64,000 bases of DNA from positions 155,056 through 219,055 of the forward strand of contig CDMY01001040.1 in NCBI GenBank assembly GCA_001179505.1, given 5' to 3'. The translations under genes were made by a program, and so were the position numbers. This DNA is from Vitrella brassicaformis CCMP3155. Lineage: Eukaryota; Protista; Chromerida. Position 1 is the first letter of the stretch; every line of letters begins with the position of its first letter. Shown in pieces: positions 10,571-24,637 of the stretch. The notes beneath the pieces were generated by a model. It saw only the letters and a program-made list of their open reading frames with translations. It ran no database searches and was not told the origin of the DNA.

Positions 10571-13560
10571 TCACGATTCGGCACCAGTGATGGCAGAGCC
10601 TGCCTCTGCTGAGGCCCCCGTATCCTCGGCCAATGCCGCAGCAACAGCAGCAGCGACATCCCCATTCCCATCCAACAGAACACCACCATCATCTGATCAG
10701 TCACACGCACCCACAAGGCGACACATACAGAGCCTGGACACCGGTAGAGTGAGTGGCCCACCTGTCTTCTGCACCTTGGTCGGTCGGCTCTCCCCCTCTC
10801 CCTCAGCCACGGGCGGCTCATGCGCCTTCCGCTTGCCCCGCGAGACCTCCTCAACCACCATCCCCCACCCATCGCCCACCAAGGGAGCCGCAGGTGGTCC
10901 TGACAGCCGACACAGACATACAACAGATGGACCCATGTAGCCATCTTTGCATGCCTTCCCGCCGACCGACCTGGTGGACGGTCGCCCTCTGGCTGGGCAG
11001 CTGTGGCCGCTAGCCAGTCGTCGAAATTCCGCCATACCGTGTCCTCGAATGTCACCGTCACCTCACTGGGCATCGCCGCCTCTCGTCGTGCAAGACGCAC
11101 AGCCCTGGCCAGCCGCTCGAAGCCGTCCCACCCATCCCGCACATCCCACCGCAGATCGACACAGACGCTGCAGTTGTTGGACATGCTGACCTCGACCTCC
11201 ACGCATCTCGACCCCTTGTCAGGCGTGCGGGTGAAAGTGGCCGCATCGACGAGGCCCTCGAAGTCGGGCTCGTACAACGGGCTCTCCTTGTCACACATCT
11301 CTCGGAAGACGCCAGTGCACCGCTCCAGTCTTGACACCATGTCTTGCTCATCTGTGCGCCGGTCAGGGGGAGGGTGCTGAGGTGCTGGTCCGTCGGTCAA
11401 GTCCATCATCTGTCGCTCGACGGCCGACCCATCCTCAACCGCCTCCAAATCCCGCTGCACCACCGAAGGGAAGGCTGCTGGTGGTTGTGTTGGTGGTGCG
11501 GATGAACTCGGCTCTGCTACTGACGCCTGCTGGGCATCGGTCTCTGCACCGACGAACCCAACACACACAAAACACATACAAAGGCAAATATGGGCGGAAT
11601 GAGTGGGCGTGGCCATCATGTCCATGATAGCCATCCAAATGGAAGCACCTCCCTACCTACCGTCTTTGGCCGGCGTACCGTCTTTGGCCGGCGGCTGTGT
11701 GTGGATGTCCCCCTGGCTGTTGCGGATGCACACCTCTGCACACACAAACAACACAAGAACACGTGTGGCCGAAAACATGAATGATGAATGCCATGACGCC
11801 CACGTGATGCCTTGTCTTACCGGGCGGCACCTGTTCCCCCGGCAGCCAGCCCTTCCCCCGACACTCGTCGCGAAAGGCAACTGCATGCACCAAGGCCTCC
11901 CTCAGCTCGTCAGGCTCTCCCTTGGTCGGGCGGAAGTAGCGCGACTTCCTCTCCACCTCACCGTTGTCCAGGGTCTTCTGGTAGCACATGATGAACACCT
12001 GACGCGTCTCGGAGTAAGTGACGTGGAAGCCCGGCACACGCTTGCCGTTGCACAACAGCCCCTCCCTCTGTCGCTGCTCGTTGATCATGCGGTTGGCCAG
12101 CATGCTGAGCATGGCCTTGTTGCCCCACTGGAGCGAAGGCAGCCGGTGTGACGTGAGAGAATCCCTCGCTGCGGCCGCCGCTGAGGGGGCCACCGCCAGA
12201 CGATCATCTGACGGTTGGTCAATCCCGTCAGCTCTCGCGCCCTGTCCATCGGCTGATGATGAAGGCACCTGCCCACCACGGCTGTCCTGGTGCTGGCTTC
12301 CTGCTCGCTCGCGTGTTGAGGCGGACGCATCAGCGGACGCCAGGGCCTCCATCTCTTCCAGCCCGACCCCTTCCTCATCGACGGGACTCACAGAGACCTC
12401 ACGGTCGGCTTGCCCCTCGGCGAACACGTCGTCTCTCGCGGCCAGGCCCGTCTGCTCTGCCGGTGGCTGCAAGCGCTTGCGTTTGCCGAAGTCGGGCGCC
12501 GCCGTGAGCTGCCTCCTGTATTTCAGAATGCGCTTGCCGTGCAGCTGAATGAAGGTGTAAAGGGATGGGTCGGGTGGGGCGCCGTTGCGCTGCCGTGCCG
12601 CTTTGATCTTGGCCCTGACGTTGCCGAGGGACCAGTAGGTCCTCCCCCGTGTCGGATCGCGATGCACCGGCGCATCGACCCAGTACTCGCCCCCGTGGCC
12701 ATCGGCGAACGGCCCGAGGACGCACGTGACGGCTTCCTCGTGTGTGGACGTAGGGTCGTGAATGACGGCGCTCAAGCCCGCCTGCGTTCTCAAGCTCGAG
12801 TCGTTGTAGAAGAGCACCTTCACCTCATGGATGAGGACAGCAGATGAGCGGGGACTTGTCGTGGGGCGGTGGCTTGGCGACAGCTCAGGACGTCCCTCTC
12901 CCTGACCCACCCTGTCGCCCTGCTCCACGGCCTCGCGAGCCATTCTTGCTCGCGCCGCAAGAACGGAACCCGTGGGGCTGCTGCCTCCTTGGGTCTCGAG
13001 AAGCTTGTCGAAGAGGTCGCCAAACTGCCACCCACTACTGCGTGTCGACGCCCGCCGACTCCCCGCCCGCCTGGCGACGCCTTTGACAGCCACGCACTGC
13101 CCGTCTGGGGTGTCGATAGGTCCCACTGTCACCTCGATCGTGCCGTCGGGATTGAGAGAGAAGTTGGTCTTGCTTTCGAGAGTGTCGAGGAACTGCCGGG
13201 CGTCGAACTCGCTCTGGTCGACTAGACTGGAGGCTGGCGTGCTCTTGCACTTGGCGACGAAGGCAGCGCGACACGTGCGGATGCACTCGTCCTCAGGATT
13301 GGTGTGCATTGGGTCGTCGCTGTCCCTGGCCTCGTGTCCATTGTCGTGTCGCCATGCTGCAGGACAGGCGTCTGTGTGCATGCCTGAGACACACGCAGAA
13401 AGGGTCAGTTTGCCAATGTGTGAGTGAGCCACCTCCTTTGTGCGTGCAATGCATCGTGTGGATGTGTACCCTTCGTGTGTGACTGCTGCGCCACTGGAGT
13501 TATCGGTGCAGGAGACAGTGGGCGAGCTTCCCTTGGGTGGGGCATATCTGGCAAAGGACG
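10571..13560 (-). CDS. AP2-domain protein with three copies of the same unrecognised domain (family member D); 5' end unresolved, may continue to 15173
   Basis: ORFs 11657-13636 and 10486-11634 plus small exons ending ..GSAITGAES* (stop 10571). AP2-like segment RVPGFHVTYSETRQVFIMCYQKTLDNGEVERKSRYFRPTKGEPDELREALVHAVAFRDE at ~11862-12040. Confidence 0.7.
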
Positions 13561-13655
13561 GGAGACAACGAAGCGAGTGTCGGCCGGCCAGCTCATTGTG
13601 CGAGCGTGTGAGTGTGCGTGGGTCTGCGTCACTCACCTGCAGCGCGTTCTGGGTT

Positions 13656-15173
13656 TTATTTTGCTCGCCTCCTCTGGTCCTCTTCGGCGAGCCTCACGGG
13701 GAGCACTACAGCAGGGGGCTCGCTCTGAGCACGACACCACAGGCAAACCGCCCCTCCGCACACGGATGACCGGTGGCTGTTGCGGGTTTGCCATACCGAT
13801 TGACGGAGCACGTGATGCACCCACTTCTCGGCCTTATTGCGCACCTTCTCGTAGCGCGACTCGATCGGGGCCGAGGAACCCAACGTACACACACGCATAC
13901 TGAACACACCAATGGCACACAGACATGCACATCTTACTTAGGTCGCCTGTACTCTTCATTCGTCGGTGCTTACGCTCTCCAGACAGCGTCACGGTATTGG
14001 CCCTCGTCCATCCCATCCGGCACGCCAAACTGTAGGGCCGTCGGCGGGTCGAACACCTGGTACTGCGGCTCCTCACTCACACCGCCACCAGCTCCGCCAC
14101 CAACAGACGAACGGTCGTTATCTCCGCCCTCCTCACAAGCACCCGTCGGCATCAGCGCAGTATCATGCCGTGCAGCTACCTCCCCCCTCTCGTCGCTCGG
14201 CTGCTCTCCCGCTGCCGCTGCCACTGCCGCCGGCTGGTCTCCCCGCTCAGGGCCGGGACCGCTCTTGTCTGCCGGGGCGCCAACAGATCGCTGCTCGGTC
14301 GATGCACCTCCTCCATCTGCTGGCGGTGATGGTAACGTGTGTCGGTCCTCGGTGTGGGTGAGGGGTCCGTCACCACTGATGCGATCGTCGGCAGGAGGGG
14401 GTGGGCGTGGGGGACTTGGTTCACATGACGCCGGGACAGCGTCGCCAGTCTGTCCCCTCCTGGCCTTCTCGCAGTGCTGCGCCCCGTCCCTCTCGCCGTC
14501 ATCTGCCTTGACACTCGCACTCTCCTTGTCAGCCAGAACCTCAATCCACATCATGTCCCGACTGATCGCCTGCTTGGGCCTCAGCAGACGATGATTTGTC
14601 CGGCGGGGATGAATGGACCGGGGGCGACGCAGTGGGCCGGACGCGCGTTGGTAGGCGAGAGCAGGTGAGGGTGCAGGGGGTCGCGCCGTGAAGTTCACCC
14701 TTCTTCGCTGGATGGCATCGAGCACCTCATTGGTCGCCCTCTCGAACCTCTGGTGAACCACCTCCCTCCAGCCCTCCTCCGACACAAATGGCACGACAGG
14801 CAAGTTGGTCAAATCTACCTCGCGCACGACCGCCTGGCCGCCTGCAGGTGGGCGGAACTCGCACAAGAAGCCGCCGGTGCCCGACGAGTCCCAGTCGATG
14901 TCGCTCAGCTCCGTATAATTGGGCTGGATCTCGCGCAGCTTGGCACAAACACGTCTTGCGTGGGCTGCCAGCGCCTCAGCGGCATCAGGCTGCGATGCGA
15001 TGGTGCGGCTATCTGATAGACGCACACAAACCGATCCATCCAGCACATTTATCCAGGATGCGATGCTTGTCAGCATGAATTTGGCTTGGGTGCTTGTCGT
15101 GTCAGCAGGCCATTCGTCGTGCACCTCACGTACCTTGAGGCTCGCCCGTCTGAGGTCCGTGCCCTCCACTCAT
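13656..15173 (-). CDS. Hypothetical protein or 5' part of the AP2 gene; small N-terminal globular region followed by low-complexity sequence
   Basis: ATG 15173 (MSGGHGPQTGEPQ) splices in phase 1 to DSRTIASQPDAAEALAAHARRV within the 399-aa ORF 13970-15169. 3' splicing is ambiguous. Confidence 0.5.
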
Positions 15174-15867
15174 GCTGAGCCTGCTTCCTCCCGACGGGGA
15201 GATCTCAATCCACCAACCATTGCCAGTGGAGAAGACGGAGAGGCGTAAACGTTACAGTGAGCCTCTCTGGGCGAACAAAGTATAAAATCCTTTTCTTTCC
15301 GGTGTGCTCTGTCTGTCTGTCTCTCTCTCTCTCTCTGTCTTCTTCATCCGCACCAATGACCACAATCCTCAGCAATCGAAGAGTCCAAAGCGACTGACGC
15401 ATCACATTGAAGTCTTCGAAGCTGCTGAGCATCACGGTCATTGTGAGACAACGTGCAGCGAGACGATGACACGCAGTCAGTACCCCAGGACAGGAGACAC
15501 ATCCGATGGTGACACCAGTGAGGTGAAAGTGAGGCGCTCTCAGCTTCTAAGACACATGATTGATACGTACGTATAATTGTCTGTCTACACAGATGACACA
15601 ACGAACGCTCATGCACACCAAATTTCCACCTCCTCACCGTCCGTCCGTCAGTCAGTCAGTCAGGCAGGCAGGCAGACGGAGAAAGCAGCGCCTTGCGCTG
15701 ATGTATGTCAGTGCCCACCCACTCAATGCACACGGCACCTACACCAACCATATACACACCCTACCACACCCTCCCACAGCCTGCCTGCCTGCCAACCAGC
15801 CGGGAGAAAACAAGAAGGGCAAAATCTCATGATCCGCCTCCCCCTCCCCCAGGCGTGCGTCCACGTA

Positions 15868-16169
15868 TCACCGCCCGACCTTCTCCGTTTCCTTCTCCTT
15901 GGTGTCCTCTGCTGGCACGGCGCACTCATCCTCACACCCTTGGGGGTAGGCCGACTTGTCCCGCAGCTTCGCCGCCCTCTCCTCCATCACCTTGGCCAGA
16001 TCGGGCCTCCCTGTGAGCCGCAGCCTGTTACTCGCCCAGATGTCATATGCGACGTCCACTGCAGGGCCGATGACTGGAAGCTTAGTGGCCGCATAGACCC
16101 AGCCAAGACCTGCACACACACAAGACAAGGCAGAAGAGGCGACAGCACTATGTGTGCCTTGTCGGCCTC

Positions 16170-16200
<31 letters not shown>

Positions 16201-16729
16201 CTTGTTGTGCTCACCGATGGCTTCATAGACCCTCCTGAAGACCTCCACCCCGCTGATGACGTCGCCCGACGACGTGACGGCATGAATGGACCGCATGCCC
16301 CTCTCGAAGTCCACATTGCCGTGCTCTTCCTGCTTGTACCCCGGCGACGCCAGGTCAGTGAACTGGATCTTGCCCTCCGTGTCGCGCTTCTTGCTGCAAA
16401 GCAAATAAAGCACACACACACACAACACAGCACGACAGTCGCGCTCCTCGAGGTCAGTGCGGGTGCGTGTCTGCATCTGATCTCTCTCACAGGAAGTCTA
16501 TCTCCTTGAGGCACAGCGGACACTCGCCATCGTAGAGGAGGTCAATCTGCCAGGTCGGTGGAGATTGGGCCGCCCGCTGGGACATCATCCGAGCGCGAGT
16601 GAGCCGTTGGAAGGCATTGGATGACGTCAGGCGGCCTCCTGAGGCGGGCAGCTGGAAAGATCTGCTCACGCGGGCAGCGGCGACGAACATGATCACCGTC
16701 AGCAACACACTGCTTTGTCCTCTGCACAT
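15868..16729 (-). CDS. DCC-family (DUF393) thiol-disulfide oxidoreductase, probably plastid-targeted
   Basis: LLYDGECPLCLKEIDFL (DxxCxxC), then ..RDTEGKIQFTDLAS..IHAVTSSGDVISGVEVFRRVYEAIG|LGWVYAATKLP..YDIWASNRLRLTGR. Hydrophobic leader followed by SRS-FQLPA and a Ser/Arg-rich stretch. Confidence 0.9.
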
Positions 16730-16986
16730 CAATTCAGGCCTGAAAGGGATAGACTACCGACGGTGCACCCTTCCTTGAGCATCAACTGTCAAGCGCTGGA
16801 AGAGAGCGAGCTTCTCTTCCTGGCCCGGCCATGATGGATCGGCCAGCATCACTGGAGAGCATGCAACGAAAAAGGTTGACGAGAAAACACTGCATGCAGA
16901 CATGCACACGAAATGTCGCATCACGGCACTTTGTGTCCGTTTCCTCGCTCCTTTCGCATGATCTGTCTTTTTGTCTGTCTGTCTGT

Positions 16987-19683
<2,697 letters not shown>

Positions 19684-19714
19684 TCAGCGTGAAGCAGGCG
19701 TACACCACCCGACG

Positions 19715-21040
19715 ATGGATCCGTCCCAGCAAGCGCTCCTCACGTCACTCCTTCAACTGCAGCAGCATGCACCTGCACCCACCGGAGCAACCCCTGACCT
19801 CCCGCAGCTTGCCACGGCCCTGCTCACACAGCAGCTGACCCAACAAGTACCCTCCCACCCTTCAATCCAGCCTCCCATGGCTCCGCAGGCTGCTCCGGCA
19901 CAGCTGGACATCTCATCGATTCTCGGCCTATCACCTGCTGCTGCACCGCCTCCCGCCGCCGCTCTGCACGGGCTATCTGCCGAGACCATTCTGCAGGCGC
20001 TCGGGATGGGTCAACAGACACAGACGGCCTCCCCAGCTGCAGTGCCGATACAGCCACTTGTCCAGAGTGCCAGGGCAGATGAGCCGCCGGCCGCCAAGAG
20101 GCCGCGAGTCGAGAGGCGAGATGAGGGCGGTGCTGGTGCTGGTGCTGGTGCTGGGGAAAGCGGTGCGCTTCATGTGGTTGGCCGCTCTGAAGAGGCGAGC
20201 AGCGTCAGGGGGTGGAACAAGGGGCAACTGCAGCAGGTACGAATCTAGCTCGTTGTGCATCATCCATCTTTGATGAATATGCATCTCTGTGTGTCTTTGA
20301 TCGTTGTGTGTGCAGTATTACTACCAGTGGTACATCATCAATGGTTACGCCCATCAGGATGCCATCAAGTCGGCAGCAGGTGAGCTAGCCCCCTCAGCCT
20401 CACTCAATACCTTTTTGTTGGTTTCTTTGTTTCAGTTCACGCCGGTTTGGCTCTGCTTGACAGCGTGAACCGATCCACCAGCAACACAACCACCACCTCT
20501 CCGCCCCCCACAGCAGCAGCAGCAGCAGCTCCACAGCCACCACACATCATCAAACCGGAGCCCAAACCAGAGCAACCCACCCAGGCAGCCCCCACCCCTC
20601 AGCCAGTAGAACAACAAGCCCCACAGCCTCAGCAGACACAGCCGCCTGCGACACAGCCAGCGGCGACGCCAGCACCAGAGACGATGGGCAAGGAGCAAGA
20701 AGCACTGCCTGTCGTCGAGACCAACACCGTGATCGAATCAGCGAGTGTCGGCGAGGTGGCCCCTCCAACACCTGCACCTGCTGCTGGTAATGACAGTCTG
20801 ATGAACTCAACAGCCGCTGGCCCTGCCCCGCTGGCAACAGCCGCTGGCCCTGCCCCGCTGGTGTTTGCCGGTGGTGGTGGTGGCCAGGTCAGTGGCGGTG
20901 TTGTGGCTGGTGTGCCGGTGTACGAAGACGGGCCTTCCGTGGCTGCCGCAGACAACGGGGGGCCGGGCGATGATGGAGATGGTGGGGGTGAAATGGCCGA
21001 GCAAGATGCTAGGGAAGATAGCGGGCAGCAGAATATGTAG
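19715..21040 (+). CDS. Hypothetical Q/P/A-rich protein with a short aromatic core; exons 19715-20236, 20316-20379, 20436-21040
   Basis: Phase-consistent splicing gives ..GWNKGQLQQ|YYYQWYIINGYAHQDAIKSAA|VHAGLALLDSV..; basic patch PAAKRPR. Confidence 0.7.
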
Positions 21041-22599
21041 TCGCTGCAGCAGCGTTTAATTGTTTGTGGATAGGCCTCAGGCAGGCAGGCAGGCAGGCAG
21101 GGAGGGATGACAGGTGTGCATGCCGGACACCTCATCCACGCATCCATTGATTCGTGTGTGTGTTTCCCTTATGATAATCAATCCATTGAGGCATTGTGAG
21201 TGGGCGATGGCTGGCCGGCTGGGTAGCTCATACTGCCAAAGAATAGCGCCTTCAGCCTCGCTCACGGCCCTTAGATCAGTACCGATACACAACGGACGAC
21301 TCCAACGATTCATTCACACTGTCTATGTGGGGCAGATACTATAGATGTGGCGAGCGAATTTCACGAGCCCATCCGATTCAAGACAGTCAAGGTACGACGG
21401 GGAGACACAATGTGAAAGCGGGAGAGAGCTCTCAGTTATCCTCTGTGTGTGCGTGTCTGGTTGCTGCCTGGCTGTCTGTCTGGCCGCAGGGGTTGAGTGT
21501 GGGTGAGGTGTATGTGTTGGGAGGGGAGAGGCTCAATGCTGTGCTGTTGGACTCGCTGGCCGAGCTACTGCGGATTCACCAGCTGCCTTCACACTGACTG
21601 ACTTGCAAGCTCATGTGCATGACACACACGTACAGACAGACAGACAGACAGACGATATTTCACGACAAACTGAGCGGGTGGGGTTGGTCCGCCACTCTCT
21701 AAGCTGGTGCCAGGGATAGATAGGCCTCAACAAGAGCTGTCGATTGCATATAAGAATGGTGGGTCCACTATACGTCTGTGGCGAGAAATGACCAATGACA
21801 TTCCCTGACCATGTGAGAGCCAGATCTCTACAACCAGATCTCGTGGCACCTTGCTGCATGACGCATATGAACCGCAATGGAATGCGCTGCAACATGGTAC
21901 TCACACCTTGAGCTCATCTTCTCTCGTTGTCGAGAAATGACACGATCAGTGCCGGCGGCCCGGGGGTGCTGGATCTAGTCAACGAAGATGCATCCAGCCG
22001 CCGTTCCTGCAGCATCTGAACCACAACAAGAGCAGCCATCTGTCATTTCTTGACAGCGAGGCTCATTCGCTCACCTCTCTCTTTGCAATGAATGGATCGC
22101 CGGCAAGCTCGCGCAGAAGATCAGGGCGGAGATCTAGAGATGGCGGCCGCCAGAGGGAAGGCCAAAGCCAAGGCAAAGCCCTCTGCTGCCCGTCTCTTTG
22201 TGTGGTGATTGCCTGTCACCCGCTGAGTGTTTCTGCCGGGCGGTTTGTCGATTGGCGGTCAGGGTGGAGAGAAACGAGTGATCGGTCATGTACTTCGTGT
22301 CGATCAATCACTAATAACTCCATGAGGTGAGCACCAATCGGCACGCCCCTTTGTCAGGGTGTTCAGCAGAGACACCCCGTGATTTGCACCAGACGGATTT
22401 TTGATTGCATGTCTCGTTGCAGAGATACGACGCCAACAAGGCATCGGGTACATGGGATTTCTCAGGAAATCGTTAATAACTCTTCACGGTTGATGGCTAC
22501 GGGGCTCGTTTTTGGTGAGTGTAATGCTGTTGACATGCTTGACATTTCCCCTCGAGGGATCTTTGATTTATGGTCTGGGTGCAGAGATATGTGCGCTCT

Positions 22600-23710
22600 C
22601 AGCCCCCTCCGCGAGGCCATCGCCAAGGAGCTGCTGCCGGCCCTCCTCGGCGGCTCTGTGACGCCGTCCGAGGTCGACCTGATGCTGCTGCCTGCCCGGC
22701 ATGGCGGCACCGGCATACGTGACCCTCTCGACCGTGCCGCAGCCGCCTACCCCGCTTCCCGCGCGAGCACCAAGGTGGTCTCCAAGTCCGTCCAAGGCAA
22801 GGCTCCGTTCCACCCTGGCGACCATCGTGCCACCATCCGCCACGCCCTCACCCGGAGCAAGCAGCAGCAGGACGTCGCCCACAAGACCAAGAGGGAGGCC
22901 GCCCTGCCGCACATCGACCGCCGGCGCCATCGCGTCCTCTCCCGCAGCGCCGAGTACAAGACGTCCGGCTGGCTGACCACCCTCCCGTCGACAGACAACA
23001 ACACTGGTCTTGATGCTGCGGAGTTTCGAGATGCCCTCAACATGCGTTACGGCCGTCACCCCCCCGGCCTCGCTGCACGCTGCGACCACTGCAACCAGCC
23101 CCTCACCGTCGACCATGCGCTGTGCTGCAAGCGGTACGGCCTGGTGATTCGTCGCCACGACGAGCTGCGGGACACTTTTGCCGAGCTGATTGGGATGGCG
23201 TGGGGGGACGCTGGTGTGCGTCGGGAGGTGGTGTTGAAGGAGGGAGAGGAGGGGGAGGGTGGGGTCAGGGCGGACATCGTCGCTCGGGGCGTGTGGGAGC
23301 GGCAGGCGGCTGCGTCGTTTGACATCTGTATTACGGATCCTGACGCAACGTCTTACGCTTCCAAGAACCGATCGACCAAGTCCATCCTGAAGCAGCACGA
23401 GACCGCCAAGAAGAAGAAATACCGCTCGGCCGTCTGCGACTCCCGCGTGACCTTCTGCCCTCTGGTGGTGACGTGTGACGGTGTGTGGGGACACGATGCC
23501 AACGTGTTCATCGCCCACATGGCTCATGCGCTGTTGGAGAAGGAGGGGTGGAAGGGTCGGGGGTTCAGTCATGTGTCTGGATGGATTCGCTCTCGCTTGT
23601 CTATCGCCCTCGCGCGTGCGACTAGCTTCTGTCTGCGTGGGGGAGGGAGGGGAGGGTTTGCGGGACTGGGGTGTGCTGATGGGGCGGGGATTGATCCCTC
23701 CTCCCCTTGA
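22600..23710 (+). mobile_element. 5'-truncated non-LTR retrotransposon, CRE/SLACS-like: RT C-terminus, CCHC finger and restriction-like endonuclease
   Basis: Intronless ORF: LPARHGGTGIRDP, SGWLTTLP..EFRDALNMRYG, CDHCNQPLTVDHALCC, RHDELRD, RADIV, FDICITDPDA, ETAKKKKY, FCPLVVTCDGVWG, RLSIALARA. The catalytic RT core is absent. 5' junction is approximate. Confidence 0.88.
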
Positions 23711-23941
23711 GCCTGTTTGACTCTGCGTGCTGATGGGACTGTATTTGTATGAGTATCACGGACACACAGACGAGTGTTACGGTTAATGACAGTTTCTCCC
23801 CCTATGGCACACCCCCATACAAATCTCCCCCAAAGTGAAAAAGGTGGCGGCTCAACCCGGTCGGTCAGTTTGTCGTGGGCCGCGGTCGATCGGATCGCTT
23901 CCGTAATACATACTACTACAGAGTCAAAGGCCGCTGCACTA

Positions 23942-24637
23942 CAAGCGGTACATCGCGAGAAAACTGACCCAGGGGGGTGGGAAACTGTGTTTTGTGCGGA
24001 AAACCGGGGCCCCATGCGGAAAGCTGAGCCAGGGGCCCGGAAAACTGGTGATCTGCAGGGGAAAACTGACGCCCTGAGTGGAAAACTGACCATCCGACGT
24101 GGAAAACTGGTGATCTGCAGTGGAAAACTGACCACCTGCGTGGAAAACCGGTGATCTGACGCGGAAACTGGCTTTCTGGTGCTTGTACCCAGTTTTCCAC
24201 GGCCTGATGCCGGTTTTCCGCTGAACCTGACTATCGTTTTGCTCTTGTCGTCAAGGAATAGACAGACAGGAGGGGAGAATTGTGGCGGGGAGACAAAGTG
24301 CCGCTTGTATGGCATGATGCATGTGGCATCAGGCAGCGGAAAACTGGCACATTCAGTGGAAAACTGGCATCAGGCAGTGGAAAACTGGGTACAAGCACCA
24401 GAAAGCCAGTTTTCCGCGTCAGATCACCGGTTTTCCACGCAGGTGGTCAGTTTTCCACTGCAGATCACCAGTTTTCCACGTCGGATGGTCAGTTTTCCAC
24501 TCAGGGCGTCAGTTTTCCACTGCAGATCACCAGTTTTCCGGGCCCCTGGCTCAGTTTTCCGCATGGGGCCCCGGTTTTCCGCACAAAACACAGTTTCCCA
24601 CCCCCCCTGGTTCAGTTTTCTCGCAATGTACCGCTTG
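23942..24637. mobile_element. Foldback/MITE-like non-autonomous element, 696 bp, ~283-bp terminal inverted repeats, flanked by TA
   Basis: Left arm 23942-24224 is the reverse complement of right arm ~24353-24637, with 9 differences by manual alignment. Ends are TA|CAAGCGGTACAT...ATGTACCGCTTG|TA. No coding capacity. Confidence 0.85.

Noticed and set aside
20808-20861. 27-bp tandem duplication (TAAGPAPL x2) and intronic 10-bp repeat at ~25387-25420
   Set aside because: Ordinary slippage repeats in low-complexity or intronic sequence.
21611-22330. Short ORFs upstream of the retroelement (21611-21904, 22088-22330)
   Set aside because: No motif and no consistent splice structure; possibly decayed sequence, but unsupported.
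22568-23572. 334-aa minus-strand ORF, and similar long ORFs at 29568-30338, 61973-62995, 4150-5007 and 6023-6949
   Set aside because: Antisense or off-frame shadows of real GC-rich coding sequence with no recognisable motifs.
23956-24625. CRISPR-like appearance (short repeat with variable spacers)
   Set aside because: Repeats are only ~9 bp and spacers ~10-12 bp, the array is mirrored as an inverted repeat, there are no cas genes, and the context is eukaryotic.
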